DNA of 64,000 nucleotides from Gammaproteobacteria bacterium (GTDB lineage Bacteria; Pseudomonadota; Gammaproteobacteria; Eutrophobiales; Eutrophobiaceae): NCBI GenBank assembly GCA_965243105.1, contig CBDEUC010000003.1, positions 972,793 to 1,036,792 of the forward strand, read 5' to 3'. Shown piece by piece: positions 62,171 to 64,000 of this stretch (position 1 is its first letter; each line of letters starts with the position of its first letter). The notes under the pieces were generated by a model. It saw only the letters and a program-made list of their open reading frames with translations, ran no database searches and was not told where the DNA came from. The position numbers and the translations under genes were made by a program.

Positions 62171-62659
62171 CTAATTTTTCGTGTACCTGCCATCAAAAGC
62201 CGTCTCCCATTCACCCTTGTCATTGACGACTTCCCAGTGCTGGCGCACGCTGCCATCGTCATTGGGGGTCCAGCTTATGCGGTGTCTTGTCTTTTTTCCT
62301 TTCTCACCGGTGGTTTCACCTTCCATCACCATGCTGCCCTCTTTCATGCCGCCCTCGAGCAACAGTAGCGTGCCGGTATTATCCACCCAGGTCTGGTGCC
62401 AGACGCCACGGCCCGCATCATAGCTATTGAGGCTTTCTCCGCTGAAGCCGCGCCCGGTAATATAGTGCTCGTGTAGCACGCAGCCACCGTACTGGCTGAT
62501 GATATGGTTAGTGCCGGCAAACTTGCCCTCGGGTGTGGTCACGCGCCAGTCACCCAGCCAGAAATCAAAGGCGCGGTGGGCATCACTGTCGCAGGGCGCG
62601 GCGATGCTGAAGCGCGACAGGACCAGTAACATAATAAGAAGGCACGATCGTGGGTACAT
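62171..62659 (-). CDS. Secreted hypothetical protein (possibly DUF1579-like)
   Basis: Start at MYPRSCLLIMLLVLS (signal peptide). The FDFWLGDW motif is present. Confidence 0.4.
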   Translation of the reverse strand: MYPRSCLLIMLLVLSRFSIAAPCDSDAHRAFDFWLGDWRVTTPEGKFAGTNHIISQYGGCVLHEHYITGRGFSGESLNSYDAGRGVWHQTWVDNTGTLLLLEGGMKEGSMVMEGETTGEKGKKTRHRISWTPNDDGSVRQHWEVVNDKGEWETAFDGRYTKN

Positions 62660-62660
62660 G

Positions 62661-62915
62661 TTAGCTCTCCCGTTGCTGTGCGTGGCAGGAATCACTGACA
62701 ACACGCGTGGTGGAAGCAGGATACTTTTGCAGGAGTTCGTTTGAACGGGTCGGGCGGGCAACAAGCGGGCCGCCGCAGTTGGGACAGGTAAAGTTGAGCG
62801 TGTTCTCAGAACAGTCCGCGCAAAAAGTGCACTCAAAGGAGCAAATAAATGCGCCATCTTCACTGGCACCTAGATCCCTGTCACAGCATTCGCAATTTGG
62901 TTTTAGTTCCAGCAT
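62661..62915 (-). CDS. DUF1272-family Cys-rich zinc-ribbon protein
   Basis: MLELKPNCECCDRDL...CSFECTFCADC...CPNCGG. Confidence 0.55.
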   Translation of the reverse strand: MLELKPNCECCDRDLGASEDGAFICSFECTFCADCSENTLNFTCPNCGGPLVARPTRSNELLQKYPASTTRVVSDSCHAQQRES

Positions 62916-62931
62916 TGGCGTCTCCTCACAA

Positions 62932-63363
62932 TCAACTGGTCTTTACCGGCAGGTCCATGACATTCTGGCTCTTTACATTCACAAAGCCAAGTGCCTTGTA
63001 AAACACCGGGGCCTCCTGGCGCAGTTCATTGGTCCTGACGCGAAGCTTCGCTAGACCCTGCTGCTGCGTCCAGCCGCGCGCCGCTTCAACCAGCGCTGCA
63101 CCCGCTCCCTGCCGACGCTGCGTACTGTCCACCACCATCGCCGCGATTTCCGCAAAGGGTGTCGAGCCAAGACGATGTATGTGAAAAACATGCAGCCAGC
63201 CGACCACGCGCTCTTCCACCGTATAGACAAACACTGTCGCATCACTTGAAGAAAGAATTTTCCCAAGCCCGGCTTGCACGAGCCCAGTATCCCCAGGGCC
63301 ATGCTCAAGCTGCAGCGCCAGCTCGGCAATGACCGCGGCATCCTGCACTACCGCGCTACGCAC
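62932..63363 (-). CDS. GNAT-family N-acetyltransferase
   Basis: RRQGAGAALVEAA acetyl-CoA-binding motif. Confidence 0.7.
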   Translation of the reverse strand: MRSAVVQDAAVIAELALQLEHGPGDTGLVQAGLGKILSSSDATVFVYTVEERVVGWLHVFHIHRLGSTPFAEIAAMVVDSTQRRQGAGAALVEAARGWTQQQGLAKLRVRTNELRQEAPVFYKALGFVNVKSQNVMDLPVKTS

Positions 63364-63386
63364 ACCCGTGTTGCTGGAGTGAGTAT

Positions 63387-64000
63387 CTATACCTGCCCCA
63401 CCTCTTCACAGTCGATGATTTCCTTTTCAGCCCTTGCATGCTCAAGCCAGAGCTTCATCGATGCATGTTCAAGCATGCTTTCCATGTACTGGTTGGCATA
63501 GCCCGATACAGCTACGCCGTAAGTCATGAAGCGCATCACCACCGGCGCATACATGCAGTCGGCAATACTGATCTGGCCGAACAGGAAGGGCCCGGCCTCG
63601 CTGTTTTGCTCGCGCGCTTCGTTCCATAACTGGTTAACACGCTCGATATCCCTGCGCAGACTATCCGCTTGTTCAACACGTCGCCCGCTGGCACGGCAGT
63701 TCATCGGCATGGATTCGCGCAGGCTGAAAAACCCCGAGTGCATTTCCGCCGAGATACTCCGTGCCGTGGCGCGCTGGTTGAGATCCGCCGGCCAGCCTCG
63801 ACCATCAAGGTAGCGCTCGGATACGTATTCGCAAATGGCGAGGGAGTCCCAGTTAAGCTGGTTGCCATCGATTAACACCGGCACCTTTGCGGTGGGCGAG
63901 TACTTCGCAAGCTCCGTCTTGGTGTTTTCCTGGTCCAGCGGCACACGTATTGTTTCAAATTCCAGATCAAAGGCACTCAGCATGAGCCAGGCGCGCAACG
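63387..64000 (-). CDS. Glutathione S-transferase, N-terminally truncated by the window end
   Basis: GST C-terminal domain. The ORF runs off the window edge. Confidence 0.65.
   Translation of the reverse strand, partial: LRAWLMLSAFDLEFETIRVPLDQENTKTELAKYSPTAKVPVLIDGNQLNWDSLAICEYVSERYLDGRGWPADLNQRATARSISAEMHSGFFSLRESMPMNCRASGRRVEQADSLRRDIERVNQLWNEAREQNSEAGPFLFGQISIADCMYAPVVMRFMTYGVAVSGYANQYMESMLEHASMKLWLEHARAEKEIIDCEEVGQV

Overview
This 64 kb window looks like an ordinary chromosomal segment of a GC-rich (roughly 55-60% by eye) Gram-negative bacterium, probably a gammaproteobacterium. The lineage guess rests on the MipA/OmpV, RND efflux, POT, LytS/LytTR and ole genes and is only an inference. 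I support about 55 protein genes and one tRNA-Leu(CAA). I found no transposase, integrase, CRISPR array or rRNA. All protein calls come from reading the translated ORFs for family motifs; no database search was run.

The content, in order: a DUF692 (MNIO) + DUF2063 pair; a fused 5-oxoprolinase with an overlapping hotdog thioesterase; a stand-alone TPP enzyme of the acetolactate-synthase family; an LpxH-like phosphoesterase + GT4 glycosyltransferase pair; a tgt operon that continues into an LLM-class oxidoreductase, an NTF2-like protein and an archaeal-type Mtd homolog; queA; a LuxR-family regulator divergent from a three-gene operon encoding a 1630-aa secreted repeat protein, a small protein and a 730-aa outer-membrane beta-barrel; tRNA-Leu; a Rieske dioxygenase alpha/beta pair; queE-queD-queC with a triple-T-fold QueD; and a six-gene, translationally coupled operon pfaC-like (KS-CLF-AT-DH-DH) - oleA - oleB - oleC - oleD - Sfp-type PPTase. 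The rest are housekeeping or stress genes: GSTs, SDR, PP2C, two two-component systems, an RND pump, a POT transporter and a peroxiredoxin.

The candidates for something novel are the pfaC-like/ole fusion operon, the Mtd-containing tgt operon, and the LuxR-adjacent secreted Cys-repeat protein / OMP operon.
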